A DNA stretch of 64,000 nt from NCBI GenBank assembly GCA_039586365.1, contig JBDHKN010000006.1, positions 7,162 through 71,161 on the forward strand, given 5' to 3'. Of this stretch, positions 9,737-20,288 are shown in pieces. A program made the position numbers and the translations under genes. Numbering within the stretch: the first letter of the stretch is position 1; every line of letters starts with the position of its first letter. The notes beneath the pieces were generated by a model. It was not told the origin of the DNA, made no database searches, and saw only the letters and a program-made list of their open reading frames with translations. This stretch comes from Gemmatimonadota bacterium. Its GTDB lineage: Bacteria > Gemmatimonadota > Gemmatimonadetes > Gemmatimonadales > GWC2-71-9.

Positions 9737-10849
9737 GTGCTGGACGTCGGCTGGGCCGCCCAATTCCTGCAACGGATCGCGGTGCCGCGCCTACCAGGAT
9801 CGGAATCTCTAAGGGACGTCGAAGCAGCCATCGTCGAGCGCTTGACTGAATCGGGCTACACGGTTTTCAAAGACAGTTTCATCGCCTCAGCAAGCCCACT
9901 CATATCGGCTTCGGTAGCCGGAGCCGGGTTCGGCTGGACCGCGCTAATCCTCGTACCGCTGTTGACCTTCGGACCGCCGGGTTGGACCGTGGCGCTCACT
10001 GGGATAGGTGCATTCACTCTGGTCTCGCTTTTGGCGGTTGGACTGTATCGGGGCTGGGTGGAGCTTGGTATGCTCAAGGCCGAGGCCGTCAACATCTGGG
10101 CAAAACGTGATCGGCCCGCAGTATGGCTGGTTGCACACTCTGACAGCAAATCCCAGCAGCTATCGCTAGGTGGGCGGGTATTGGCTGTCACGATACTGTG
10201 TGCGGGATTGGCCCTCATGATCGTGGCACTTACCCTCAGGATATTCACTCCGCTACCATGGTGGTTTGCGTTCCCGGTTGGCGTGGCGACAGCGTTAGGG
10301 GGCGGTGCACTATCTCGCGCTACGGTATCGAACGATTCTCCGGGAGCGGTCGACAATGCCACCGGCGTGTTGGCCGCACTGGTCGCCGCTGATGGCCTGC
10401 GAACCCGAGGCGATATTGGTGTGCTGATAACTGGTGCGGAGGAATTCGGCATGGCGGGAGCCGCTGCATGGACCAGCCAGTACGGTGGAGAAGGGATGTT
10501 CGTCAACTTTGACAGCCTCGATTCGCGTGGAAGCTACCGAGTGACGATCCATCGGGCTCGCGCTCAGGATGAGATGAGTGGCCGGGGCCAAGAGATCGCG
10601 AATGCGTTGACCTCACAGCTAACGAGTCTGGGACAAAGGGTCGTCTGTCGCAGCTTGCCTCCAGGGATACTGGTAGATGGAGTGGCCCTTGCTCGAGCTG
10701 GGATGCCGGGAGTATCCCTGAGCCGCGGTGACTGGAACACGCTGAGAGTAGTCCATACATCGAGGGACTCGAGCGATCGGGTCGACGTCGCCGCTGCTGT
10801 CATGGCGGGTAGGGCGACTGCTGCAGCGCTGGACGGTTGGCTTGGTTGA
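9737..10849 (+). CDS. Membrane-anchored M28 family metallopeptidase
   Basis: 370 aa. Several hydrophobic helices in the middle, then DNATGVLAALVAA and ITGAEEFGMAGAAAW, which are M28 zinc-ligand regions. Confidence 0.68.
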   Translation: MLDVGWAAQFLQRIAVPRLPGSESLRDVEAAIVERLTESGYTVFKDSFIASASPLISASVAGAGFGWTALILVPLLTFGPPGWTVALTGIGAFTLVSLLAVGLYRGWVELGMLKAEAVNIWAKRDRPAVWLVAHSDSKSQQLSLGGRVLAVTILCAGLALMIVALTLRIFTPLPWWFAFPVGVATALGGGALSRATVSNDSPGAVDNATGVLAALVAADGLRTRGDIGVLITGAEEFGMAGAAAWTSQYGGEGMFVNFDSLDSRGSYRVTIHRARAQDEMSGRGQEIANALTSQLTSLGQRVVCRSLPPGILVDGVALARAGMPGVSLSRGDWNTLRVVHTSRDSSDRVDVAAAVMAGRATAAALDGWLG

Positions 10850-10886
10850 CGGCCCTAGCGGTGAAGCCTAGCTTTCTCCGAAGGAT

Positions 10887-10913
10887 ACCCCGGGGGTAGC
10901 CCCGGGGTTTTTT
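10887..10913 (+). terminator. Rho-independent terminator after the M28 peptidase gene
   Basis: ACCCCGGGG-GTAG-CCCCGGGGT, a 9-bp GC-rich stem, followed by a T6 run. It lies 38 nt after the stop at 10849. Confidence 0.8.
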
Positions 10914-10943
10914 GCGCTCTACCCGCGGAAGGTGGGTTGCACA

Positions 10944-12227
10944 ATGTTTGGTCCTGTTGCCCGCTGCGTTGTCGTTGTGGGGGCTCAATGGGGGGACGAG
11001 GGGAAGGGCAAGATCGTCGACATTATGTCTCAACACGCCGATCTGGTAGTCCGCTATCAGGGAGGGGCCAACGCCGGCCACACTGTGGTGTGTGGCAAGG
11101 AACAGTTCATTCTTCACCTGGTTCCTTCCGGGATCCTCCATCAGTCGGCCCTCTGTCTCATAGCAAACGGCGTTGTGCTGGATCCGAATACGCTGATGGA
11201 AGAACTTGAGGCCCTGGAACAACGAGGGACTGAGGTTGAGGGGCGCCTGCTGATCTCTGACCGGGCCCACCTGGTGCTTCCCTATCACGTACTGCTGGAC
11301 CGGGCCCGCGAGAGGACAGGCAATATCGGCACTACTGGGCGGGGTATCGGGCCTGCGTATGAAGATAAGTATGGGCGGCGCGGTATTCGCGTGGGCGACC
11401 TGCGGGACGGAAACCGGCTCCAGGAGTTGGTCAGGAGTAACGTCGAGCGTGCCAACCGCCTTTGCGAGATGTTGGATTTCAGCGAACGGGCGGACTTGGC
11501 GGATCACGTGCGAATACTCGAACGGGTCAGGCCGAGGCTCCTACCACTCATAGCGGATACCGGCTTCCTTATACATGAGGCCATAAAGGCGCGGCGGAAC
11601 GTACTGCTTGAGGGAGCCCAGGGAACGCTGCTAGATGTGGATCATGGAACCTACCCATTCGTGACCTCATCTAACACGACCGCGGGGGGGGCAGCAACCG
11701 GATCGGGCATCGGTCCGACGTCAATCGAAGCCGTAGTGGGCGTTGTGAAAGCGTACACAACTCGTGTTGGGAACGGGCCACTGCCGACTGAAGCGAAAGA
11801 TGACGTGGGTAGGCGTTTACGAGAACTGGGGGGGGAGTATGGGGCCACCACGGGCAGGCCACGCCGATGCGGCTGGTTCGATGCTGTCGTCGCTTCGTAC
11901 GCGGCTCGAGTCAACGGTATCACGCAGCTGGCCGTGACGAAGCTCGATGTACTAGACACCGTCCCCTCGGTCCCGATCTGTGTGGGATATGAGCTGGATG
12001 GGGAACGAATGCTCTCTTTCCCGGCTGACATTGCTAGTCTCGATCGAATCGAGCCAGTATACCAGGAGATGGAAGGCTGGGTGACGTCCACGGGAGATGC
12101 ACGTCGACCCGATGATCTACCTCGCCAAGCTCGAGCCTACCTCGATCGGATTGCTGAGATGATCGGAGCACCTATCGAATACGTCAGCGTCGGGAGCCGT
12201 CGCGACCAGGTCATCCAGTTCAATTGA
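10944..12227 (+). CDS. purA: Adenylosuccinate synthetase
   Basis: VVVVGAQWGDEGKGKIVD N-terminal P-loop, with GGANAGHTV and TTGRGIGPAYEDK motifs. ATG 10944 within ORF 10932-12227. Confidence 0.97.
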   Translation: MFGPVARCVVVVGAQWGDEGKGKIVDIMSQHADLVVRYQGGANAGHTVVCGKEQFILHLVPSGILHQSALCLIANGVVLDPNTLMEELEALEQRGTEVEGRLLISDRAHLVLPYHVLLDRARERTGNIGTTGRGIGPAYEDKYGRRGIRVGDLRDGNRLQELVRSNVERANRLCEMLDFSERADLADHVRILERVRPRLLPLIADTGFLIHEAIKARRNVLLEGAQGTLLDVDHGTYPFVTSSNTTAGGAATGSGIGPTSIEAVVGVVKAYTTRVGNGPLPTEAKDDVGRRLRELGGEYGATTGRPRRCGWFDAVVASYAARVNGITQLAVTKLDVLDTVPSVPICVGYELDGERMLSFPADIASLDRIEPVYQEMEGWVTSTGDARRPDDLPRQARAYLDRIAEMIGAPIEYVSVGSRRDQVIQFN

Positions 12228-12282
12228 AGAGGTTGGAAGTGAACAGTCGGTCGCAAGTTCTAGAAGTCTGAATGTGAGGTTG

Positions 12283-14676
12283 TTACAGGAACTTGGTCAA
12301 CCGCTCACGAATGCTTCTACCGGGCGAGCGTTCCCTGCGGTTGCTGCCCTTGGAGTAGTAGCTGTAGTAACGGTCGTGTCGCTGACTCACGCTATTGAGG
12401 ACCACCCCAGCTATTCTAGCATGCACCCGGCCTAGCTGACTCATAGTCCGCTGCGCTGCTGACTCCTCAGTGTCACCACTCCTAAACACCAAGATCATTG
12501 CATCGACCGATGCGCCAACCACTATCGCGTCAGTCACCGGCAGGGCAGGAGGCGTGTCCAACACCACGTAGGCATAGTCGCGTCGAGCGTCGCCCAGTAA
12601 TTGCCGCATGGCATCCGATCCCAAGAGTTCTGCTGGATTGGGTGGCTTGGGACCGCTGGGTAGAACGTCGAGGTTCTCCGCGACGTCTGGTCTCATGGCT
12701 TCGCGCATGCTGGCGTTACCGATCAGCACGTCCGTGAGGCCGGGTTCGTCGACCAACTGGAAGGTCCGATGAATCAAAGGCCGCCGTAAATCTCCGTCGA
12801 TCAAGAGAACACGGTTGCCACTCTGCGCGAGCACCAAAGCCAGGTTTGCCGCGGTCGTGGATTTCCCTTCGCCAGGGCCAGGGCTCGTGACCGCAACGAC
12901 TTGAACTGGCCGCTCAGCTGCGACGAACGTCACGTTGGTCCTCAGTGAACGGTAGGCTTCGACGGTTGGGTCGTCGGGGTCGAGCACGCGCATGGCCAGT
13001 ATGGGCTTGCGCCCACCGTTGGCCACGACCGACAGCTTGGGCTCGTAGGGGATCAGGCCAAGCACTGGTACGCCGACAACACGTTCCACATCTGCTGCGG
13101 TTTTGATCGTCTGGTCTAGGTACTCGAGGAAGAAGGCTCCACCTATGCCGAGCAGTAACCCTACAAGCAGACCCAACAGGATCTTCTGCCTGAGATTTGT
13201 GCCGATCGGCATGGGGGGTGAAGCCCCATCCAGGATGGTCACGTACGGAGCAATCGAGGCTTCCTGCATCTGGACTTGCTGGTACTGTCCGAGCAAGTAA
13301 CTATATGTGTCGTGCAGTATGTCACGTTCGATTTCCAACTGTGCGATTCGAGTTGCCTTACCCGGAAAAGTCCCAAGTCGGGCTCGTAGTTCGGCAATGT
13401 TGGCACCCATTGCCGCGCGTCGGTCCTCCAAACCTTGAGCCGCAGCTTCTACGGCAGCCCTGAGGGCTTCGTGCCCCGCGCGAATGCGTTGGCTGATCGC
13501 ACCGACCTGGGGGTTGTCCTCACTCAATCCCAAAGCTCCAGCAGTTAGCGTCCTCTGTTCCTGGTACAGATCGAGCAGACTGTGAATCTGAAACACGATG
13601 GCCGCGTTGGCTGCGCTACCTTGTAGGGCCGCGAGCCGGTTCAGCGTTTCGATGCCGATTGAGTCTTCGTAGGCGAGCGCCTCTCGGAGCGTGGAGAGCT
13701 CGATCAGGATCCGCTGTCTCTCCTGTTCCGCAGACTGAATCGACTGAACGACGGCCCGCTCTTCTGCCGAGAGGTCAGTGATCTGCTGCCCCTCCTTGAA
13801 TTCCTGCAGCTCCCTGAGCTTCGCCTGGAGGTCGTTATCTGCCCGGTCTAGCTGCACCAATATGTGTTGCGCTCGCTGCGTGGCCAGTTGCCTTGCCCGG
13901 TCCGCTCCGTCGAGCCTGAGTTGCAGAGCGGACTGGTTGAGAACGTGCGGCACCAGAGTGGGATCGCTACCGGTGAACGTGATATCCACCGCGTTGGTGG
14001 CTTCCCTCACGCCGTACCAGACACTTGCGTTCACCCAGGCAGCCGCGGCTTCAGGACTCACGATACGGAACCGGACCATACCATCGGGCAGCTGCGCAGT
14101 GAGCAATTGAAACGAGAATCCAGGCCCCTCGACAGTCTCCTGGCGTGTCCCTGACCAGACCAGGGCACCAGTCAGTTCGTCCTGCAGTTGGAATCGCCGG
14201 GGCGCGTCTGAATGCAGCAGTACATAGTCTCCCAGGGGTGCGTCCGGCTCAACCTGCACAGCTGCGAATACGTTGCCACGGTGGACCGAGGGGTCGATGA
14301 GCTCTAGCTGCAGATCGAGAGCATCCACCACTCGCAGAGCGAGTTGTTGTGTTGTCAGCACAAGAGCTTCGGAGAGAACCGGGTCCGTGCGCAGGGCGAG
14401 TTCATCCACATCAATATCGTCCATGCGTGCGAACACTTGTTTCGGCGAACTTATCTGCACGGTTAGCTGCGATCTGTACTGTGTGACGGCATCTCGTCCA
14501 GTGAAGTACGCAGCACCGGTGACGAGCGCAGGGACGATCACGACCACCCGCCAGTGGTGAGATACAACGGCTGCGAGATCCTTGAGGTGGACCTCGCGTC
14601 CCGCTGAAGCTAGGCCAGCTGCAGGCAACTTCGCTGGCTTAGAGCCCGTGACACCCTCAGCCGTAGTGTGCGCCAC
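12283..14676 (-). CDS. Polysaccharide co-polymerase / tyrosine autokinase (Wzc/GumC-like)
   Basis: 797 aa. N-terminal chain-length-determinant region with coiled coils and a TM segment, a C-terminal CpsD-type ATPase (VTSPGPGEGKSTTAANLA, DTPP), and a Tyr-rich tail YYSYYSKG. Confidence 0.85.
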   Translation of the reverse strand: MAHTTAEGVTGSKPAKLPAAGLASAGREVHLKDLAAVVSHHWRVVVIVPALVTGAAYFTGRDAVTQYRSQLTVQISSPKQVFARMDDIDVDELALRTDPVLSEALVLTTQQLALRVVDALDLQLELIDPSVHRGNVFAAVQVEPDAPLGDYVLLHSDAPRRFQLQDELTGALVWSGTRQETVEGPGFSFQLLTAQLPDGMVRFRIVSPEAAAAWVNASVWYGVREATNAVDITFTGSDPTLVPHVLNQSALQLRLDGADRARQLATQRAQHILVQLDRADNDLQAKLRELQEFKEGQQITDLSAEERAVVQSIQSAEQERQRILIELSTLREALAYEDSIGIETLNRLAALQGSAANAAIVFQIHSLLDLYQEQRTLTAGALGLSEDNPQVGAISQRIRAGHEALRAAVEAAAQGLEDRRAAMGANIAELRARLGTFPGKATRIAQLEIERDILHDTYSYLLGQYQQVQMQEASIAPYVTILDGASPPMPIGTNLRQKILLGLLVGLLLGIGGAFFLEYLDQTIKTAADVERVVGVPVLGLIPYEPKLSVVANGGRKPILAMRVLDPDDPTVEAYRSLRTNVTFVAAERPVQVVAVTSPGPGEGKSTTAANLALVLAQSGNRVLLIDGDLRRPLIHRTFQLVDEPGLTDVLIGNASMREAMRPDVAENLDVLPSGPKPPNPAELLGSDAMRQLLGDARRDYAYVVLDTPPALPVTDAIVVGASVDAMILVFRSGDTEESAAQRTMSQLGRVHARIAGVVLNSVSQRHDRYYSYYSKGSNRRERSPGRSIRERLTKFL

Positions 14677-15030
14677 TCGGCGGCTCCGTCAAAGCCGCTG
14701 GCCAGGCGGCGCCCCTCAATTCTCGAGGCAGTGATGGGCTCCTGCAGTTAGAGCTGTAGGATTTCAAGACGCAGGCCGAATCGAGAACGTGGCTATTAGC
14801 AAATGTCTGTCTTCCGAAACTCGGTTGCGGGCTCACGGTGTGAGTGCCCTGCCACATGTTTCATTAGACTGAAGGGCTAGGCACGGCGGTCAGCTGTTTG
14901 GGGCAATATAAGGGAACTCGAAGAAGTTGCACAAGTCGTGATACTTCAAACTGTTACGTGCCATCGTGCAGGTATTTCTGAGCCGCCATTGGTATGTCTT
15001 AGTGACAGCTCACTCACTGCGTCCGAGTGT

Positions 15031-17550
15031 TTAGAAGGGTTTTCGGTTTCCTTGGTTCGTCCAAATGAGTACGACGCCGCAGCCGCTCTCGGCCCCCCCA
15101 TATTTCGCCGGCATTTCGGATGGGCTACGGTAGATCTCCATTCCGATAACTTCCTCCGGCTGAATCACCTGGGCAAGTGATTCGAAGGTGTCAAACGGAA
15201 TTTGCCTGTCATCAACGAACAGATTGGGGGCTGTGCATCCCCCGCCCGGGCCTGATGGCATGCCTGTCACCCGGAGCAGAGTCCCAGACATCCCATCTCT
15301 ACCATCGGGTACGATGATCACGCCGGGGATTGCGGTCAGGAGGTCGCCGATGTCCCTGGCCGCGCCGAGTCGGCTCTCGATCCCTTGGCGATCCATGAAT
15401 CGTCCCAATCCCCGCTCCCGCCTCTCAGAGAAACCGACGTCATCAAGGTATTGCACAGCGGTGGCGGAGACTTCGATTGGCTCCAGCGCAATGACTGCCG
15501 TGGGCTCGAGGAGCACACTGAGGGTCACCTGAGCTTCGCTCTCGTCGATCCAGAGTTCCTGCACCCAATTGCGGTATCCCGTGCGCCGGAACGAGATTGT
15601 GTTCGCGCCTCGCGCCCACTGGGCTGCGACGAGGTCAAAAGTCCCATCCTCGCGGCTCACCACCGATTCGCGGCCGTTGAGGCTCACTGCGACACCCTCG
15701 AGGCCCTGACCCGACGCCCGATCGACGACCAACCCGGAGAGGAGCGCCTGGGAGATCGTGGTCGTGCCGGGCTCATCGTCAATTCCCATGCCGAGATTGA
15801 CCATCCATATCGGCGGTGGTGCGGGATGAGAATAACTGTATGCCTGATCTGGACGCCTGTCCCACGCGTATAACAAGTCGCCTTCAGCCATCCGGGGAAA
15901 GATGACATTCGCGGTTCGGCTCTTCCTCCTCCGGTGGTCTGCCTTGATGGAAACCGGGCGTCCAACCGGCAGACCGCAGAGGACAAAGAAACCCGCGTCG
16001 TCAGTCTCACCAACTTGCTGCATATCTCTGATTGTGAATCGCTCATCATCCGGAACGACCTCTTGCCAGGACGCCGTAACACGCGCGCCGGAGACGGCTT
16101 CGTGGTCACTGCCCGCGACGCGGCCGACTACAACTCTCAGATCCTGACGATTGGAGCTTGTGCCGCAAAGGTGGGCCGCCATGGTGTTGGAGTGGGGGAT
16201 CGTCACCACGACCGTATCGGTGCGTTCACGGGCAAGATCTACGGTGATTTCCGGGGAATCCAAGCCGATTGAGTCGAGCCAGGGGTGCGCGAAAGAAACC
16301 GTGTACTCACCTTCCAACGGTACGGCAAGGTGGAACTCACCGTTGCGGTCCGTGGACGTCCAGAAGTCGGTTCCTGCGATCACCACGTGCCCGCCGGCGA
16401 GCGGTTGGGACTTTGTGCTGTCGAAAATCGGCCCAATTATATGCGCGAGCGTGGCTGGGTAGATCTTGGATCCGTCGCTAGCGGTGATCTCGAGGATCTC
16501 TCCTCCGATGTCCTGGAAGCCATTGATGACGGCTTCCTGCCGACGGGCACCCTCTACGGCATTGCCCCTCACCCGCACGTGGATGAGCGGAGTCCTCGCC
16601 TGCCATCGCTGGACTATCCATGCCCCGGAAGGGATCTTCATGAACTCAACTGTGGCTCCTGCACGTTCATCCGCCACGTTCCCGGGCAACTCGGTGTACG
16701 CAACTTCGAGTTTGTGGAGTTCGGATGTCGACTCGTCCAGCCAAAGCGCCCCTCTCACTTCGGTCACACTACGGTCCGGGGTGGGCTCAAAAGCAAGACC
16801 GACGCGTCCGGGGTGTTCGACGGAGTCGCGCACTACGTGAAAGCAATGAGTGCTCAGAAAGGCGTCGTCCAAGAGGACACGGGCATCCGGCACGTAGTAC
16901 CAATTCTCGTTGCCCCGCCGAACGATGTAGCCATCGGCTGCGAGTTGCGCTGCAGGAAGGCTCATGTAGGGCTGAGCCGTGACGCCCTCCCTAGTACGTC
17001 CGGTCTCTTTGGTTATGCGACGCCGGTTTGCAGAGAGATCTCTGGTGTAGCTGTACCTTCTATAGTGATATAGTTCCTGAGTCCCGCTCCAGGCCGTTGC
17101 TGCTAGGGCCTTGCGGATCTCTTCCCAAATGAGGCCCGTGGCGAGCGCTCGCTCAGGGTTCACGTGACAGCGATCCTCCCCGGCCACCTCTACTACATCG
17201 AGGCGCACCGGGAGTGCGGTGACCTCCAATGAGAGTGTGAGGATGGTGTCTGACAGGAGTTGAAAAGGGTCGGAGACAAAGGTGCCATAGCCGATCCGCT
17301 CGGATCGTAGGCGGTAGACACCACTGTTCGGGGCCGCTAGGTCGAACCGTCCCTCTGATGAAGTGAGAGCGCGAGCCACTTCCACGCTATCCTCGTTGAG
17401 GAGAACGACGAAACCGGTTCCAACCGGCACACCGTTAGTGGCATCTACGACCGTCCCCTGAACTGCCTGTGCGGCGAGGCTGAATGGCACTGACAAAACC
17501 AGTGCGGCAGCCGTGAGCGAAACCTCGAGTCTTGCCATTGCCCTTTGCAT
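15031..17550 (-). CDS. Secreted CarboxypepD_reg-repeat protein ending in a TonB-receptor Plug-like domain
   Basis: Signal-peptide-like start MQRAMARLEVSLTAAALVLSVPFSLAAQA (ATG 17550). Repeated G.V.D...G.P..GA.V segments. The last ~120 aa carry a Plug-like pattern (IGDLLTAIPGV...LFVDDRQI...EVIGMEIYRSPSEMPAKYGG...GVVLIWT). Confidence 0.6.
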   Translation of the reverse strand: MQRAMARLEVSLTAAALVLSVPFSLAAQAVQGTVVDATNGVPVGTGFVVLLNEDSVEVARALTSSEGRFDLAAPNSGVYRLRSERIGYGTFVSDPFQLLSDTILTLSLEVTALPVRLDVVEVAGEDRCHVNPERALATGLIWEEIRKALAATAWSGTQELYHYRRYSYTRDLSANRRRITKETGRTREGVTAQPYMSLPAAQLAADGYIVRRGNENWYYVPDARVLLDDAFLSTHCFHVVRDSVEHPGRVGLAFEPTPDRSVTEVRGALWLDESTSELHKLEVAYTELPGNVADERAGATVEFMKIPSGAWIVQRWQARTPLIHVRVRGNAVEGARRQEAVINGFQDIGGEILEITASDGSKIYPATLAHIIGPIFDSTKSQPLAGGHVVIAGTDFWTSTDRNGEFHLAVPLEGEYTVSFAHPWLDSIGLDSPEITVDLARERTDTVVVTIPHSNTMAAHLCGTSSNRQDLRVVVGRVAGSDHEAVSGARVTASWQEVVPDDERFTIRDMQQVGETDDAGFFVLCGLPVGRPVSIKADHRRRKSRTANVIFPRMAEGDLLYAWDRRPDQAYSYSHPAPPPIWMVNLGMGIDDEPGTTTISQALLSGLVVDRASGQGLEGVAVSLNGRESVVSREDGTFDLVAAQWARGANTISFRRTGYRNWVQELWIDESEAQVTLSVLLEPTAVIALEPIEVSATAVQYLDDVGFSERRERGLGRFMDRQGIESRLGAARDIGDLLTAIPGVIIVPDGRDGMSGTLLRVTGMPSGPGGGCTAPNLFVDDRQIPFDTFESLAQVIQPEEVIGMEIYRSPSEMPAKYGGAESGCGVVLIWTNQGNRKPF

Positions 17551-17684
17551 AGACAGCCTAATCGGGTCCGTGCTGGTTGTCCTCCACAGGCCTAACGCTG
17601 CTCCTCGGCATACGTGTGAATATACTGGATGGTGACCTGCAGGTTCCGCCATTCAATTCCAAGCCGTCCCCTGAGCCTGTGCAG

Positions 17685-19352
17685 CTACTCTGGCCCAATC
17701 CGCTCCGTCCAGAGGTTGACCGGTGCGTAGAGCTTGTAAACCGGGCACATCTCGGGATTGGCGCTCCACTGGGTGGCTAGGTACCGATCGAAGAAGTTCC
17801 ACACCACCAGACCGTCGTCACTCTCGGGCTCCAACAGGTATGCCGCCACGGGGCCAAGCGCCTGGGCGGTGCTGACGAACAACGTGCCGACAGGAAACTC
17901 CTTCTCAACCATCGCATACTCACCCCGCACGGAACTGGTGTAGTGCCCCTGGTTCAACCGGGTGGCAGGGATTACCTCGGTGACCGTGAAGGACTCGACC
18001 GTCAGCTTTGTTGTTTCCTTCAACTGCTCCACGGCCACTCCGTGCTGGAGCAACTTCTTGAGAACAGCATCGTCCTGGATGGGGATCAGATAACCGCGGG
18101 GAAAGCGGACTGTACGCTTAGGTGTATAGCGAGCGAGGTAGGGTACGTTTGCATATGTCTTCTTCACGCCTGTGGGTCGGTAGCGTGGACGACCACCGGG
18201 TCGCTCCATCAACTCCATCTCATATCCTTGGATCGTGATGTGCAAGTCGATTGGCGCGCGGTCGTACTCAACCACGAAGACATCTTGCCTTGAAGGATTT
18301 GCTCCCCGCGCGATGGCTCTCCGGTCAGCGTCGCGCACGAGTGCCACCATCTCGTCCCTATTGGCGTGAATATGATCGAGGAAGGCCAGAAAGAGGTTGT
18401 AAGCTCCCTGCACTCGGGTCTCGAAGTCGACGTACGGGTACTGCTCGTTCAAGACCGAGAAGCGGTTCCTCAGGCCCACATAGTTGCTTAGATACCGCGG
18501 TTGGGGTCCCAAAGGAATCCAACCCGTCTCCGGCTTGCTTGGGTCGATGAAGTCACCATGAGGGACGGTTAGCGTATGATATCCCTCACGCATGCGCTCT
18601 TCCACGGCCGGTAGCAGCACGTCAGCCATGTAGCTCAGGATAGCTGCATCGCCGTTGGGATTGAGGCCCCATGTCCAAGTGACCGGTTCCTGGTGGTAGG
18701 AACCATTGTGCGTGTGGCTGTCGAGGAAAAAGATGGGGTCCCAGCCGAGTAACACGTGCTGGATGAGTCCGGCCACCTCTGGGCTCTCGACCTTCATCCC
18801 GTCGCGGTTCAGGTCGAGGTTCTGTCCGTTGTAGCGTATGCCCACCCCCTGTTCTGGTCCCACTTGGTTAGTACGGTTCTGCGTGCTGATGTTCTCGTTT
18901 CCGTCTGCATTGAAAATGGGAGCAATTAGAATCACGAGCTTGTCGAGGTAGCCGGCTGTCTTTCCCAGTGTGATGTCTCGGGCAAGCATCTGGGCGGCTT
19001 CTTTCCCTTCGACCTCACCAGCGTGGATGTTGGCCTGGATGTACACCACCGCACGCTCGTCGTATCGCAGGTCGGTCGGCGATGCAGGCACTGGGTCGCC
19101 GATGACTATGAGTGGCACCTCTCTTCCCTCCGTGCTGGTTCCCATTGTCTCCACCCTGACCAAGGAACTCTGGCGCTGCAGCTGCCTGATGAACTCCATG
19201 ATATCCGCGTGGCGGGAAGTCGCTTTGAACCCACTCGCTTCAGCTACGGTCAGCAGGCCTTGCTGCCCGGCGAGTCCTGCGGTAGTACAGGGCAGAGCCG
19301 CAAACGCCAGGGCCACCCACCGTCCGATTTGGACTACTCTCATCCCTTTCAT
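17685..19352 (-). CDS. M14 family zinc carboxypeptidase (secreted)
   Basis: ATG 19352 preceded by GAGGAGAG. Signal peptide MKGMRVVQIGRWVALAFAALPC. IQANIHAGEVEGKEA matches the M14 HxxE zinc motif region. Confidence 0.78.
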   Translation of the reverse strand: MKGMRVVQIGRWVALAFAALPCTTAGLAGQQGLLTVAEASGFKATSRHADIMEFIRQLQRQSSLVRVETMGTSTEGREVPLIVIGDPVPASPTDLRYDERAVVYIQANIHAGEVEGKEAAQMLARDITLGKTAGYLDKLVILIAPIFNADGNENISTQNRTNQVGPEQGVGIRYNGQNLDLNRDGMKVESPEVAGLIQHVLLGWDPIFFLDSHTHNGSYHQEPVTWTWGLNPNGDAAILSYMADVLLPAVEERMREGYHTLTVPHGDFIDPSKPETGWIPLGPQPRYLSNYVGLRNRFSVLNEQYPYVDFETRVQGAYNLFLAFLDHIHANRDEMVALVRDADRRAIARGANPSRQDVFVVEYDRAPIDLHITIQGYEMELMERPGGRPRYRPTGVKKTYANVPYLARYTPKRTVRFPRGYLIPIQDDAVLKKLLQHGVAVEQLKETTKLTVESFTVTEVIPATRLNQGHYTSSVRGEYAMVEKEFPVGTLFVSTAQALGPVAAYLLEPESDDGLVVWNFFDRYLATQWSANPEMCPVYKLYAPVNLWTERIGPE

Positions 19353-19793
19353 GATGTCTCTCCTCAATCCTTGGCTCCCGAGCCACGTTGATACGTGTCT
19401 ATCCAAAGATAGCTCGCGCAGTTCTCTTGATTCGCAGTCGTGTCTCAATGACTAGAGGTCTCCTAGCCGTCTCACTGACTGGGCTTCCACGGCGTCGGGT
19501 TGGGCCGTCGCCATCCGACGGTGAAGGTCAACTTGTCCAAGATGGTACGCCAGAGCGGCAGCCAGGTGGGTCAACTTCGGCACCGTTGCAGTCATGGGAA
19601 TCCTCACCTCGCAGACGCCGTCAGTACGACTCGCAGCCGGTATCTGCCAGCAAAGTCCTGAGGGGCAGCGTCCAATTTCTGGGGAGTCTTCTGTCGTGAC
19701 ACCGGGCTGGCCATGGCGGCAGAGACTGGTCGTGGGTAGCAGGTTGGCAGCCCAGTGACGGTCCTGGGTCCATTAACGGTCACTGCCAGGCTG

Positions 19794-20288
19794 CTAGCCC
19801 CTGCCCGGGGGTGGGAAGGAGTGTGCCGAATACTGGATCTTCCATTCGCCGTCTCGTAGGACATAGATACTCGTGTAGGTGCCCGACGACCGTGCTGTGT
19901 CGCCGGCCGTGAGAATGGCTGTGAACTCAAAAGTGGCGGTGGAGACCGCTACGTCGCGGCTGAGCACATCAATGTGGATGTCTAGCCAGCGCAGGTCTGC
20001 CTCCACTACTCCGCCGAACTGAGCATCCATGATGTCGGCAAAGGCTCCATGAGAACGCGTCACCCGACCACGCGCCACATAGGTCAGCTCATCGCTATCG
20101 CGATAGTAGCTGAGCAGACGACCAAACTGCAGCGCGTTGGTTGCCTGGGGGATCTCGTCGAACAGCTGGCCAACCCTACTAGCGATTGCATCCCGTTCCT
20201 CGGGGGTGAGCAGGTGTTCGGACGCAGGTTCGCAGCCCAGGCTTAGGCCGACCAGCAGGCCAACCGCTGCAACATTTGACAGGGTCAT
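19794..20288 (-). CDS. SnoaL/DUF4440-like (NTF2-fold) lipoprotein
   Basis: 164 aa. Lipobox LVGLSLGC near the N-terminus and an NTF2-like C-terminal pattern (YTSIYVLRDGEWKI). The family call is tentative. Confidence 0.45.
   Translation of the reverse strand: MTLSNVAAVGLLVGLSLGCEPASEHLLTPEERDAIASRVGQLFDEIPQATNALQFGRLLSYYRDSDELTYVARGRVTRSHGAFADIMDAQFGGVVEADLRWLDIHIDVLSRDVAVSTATFEFTAILTAGDTARSSGTYTSIYVLRDGEWKIQYSAHSFPPPGRG

Noticed and set aside
9856-10506. 216-aa minus-strand ORF opposite the M28 peptidase gene; also 10800-11507 opposite purA and 16285-17073 opposite the Plug protein
   Set aside because: Same reasoning: these are shadow ORFs within genes that have clear family signatures.
19449-19793. 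345-nt gap with track ORFs 19388-19699 (+) and 19604-19930 (-), and a short minus-strand peptide (MTATVPKLTHLAAALAYHLGQV...) reminiscent of a DinB-family C-terminus
   Set aside because: There is no upstream coding continuity in that frame, no RBS, and the track ORFs are Arg/Pro-rich. The evidence is insufficient to call a gene or pseudogene.
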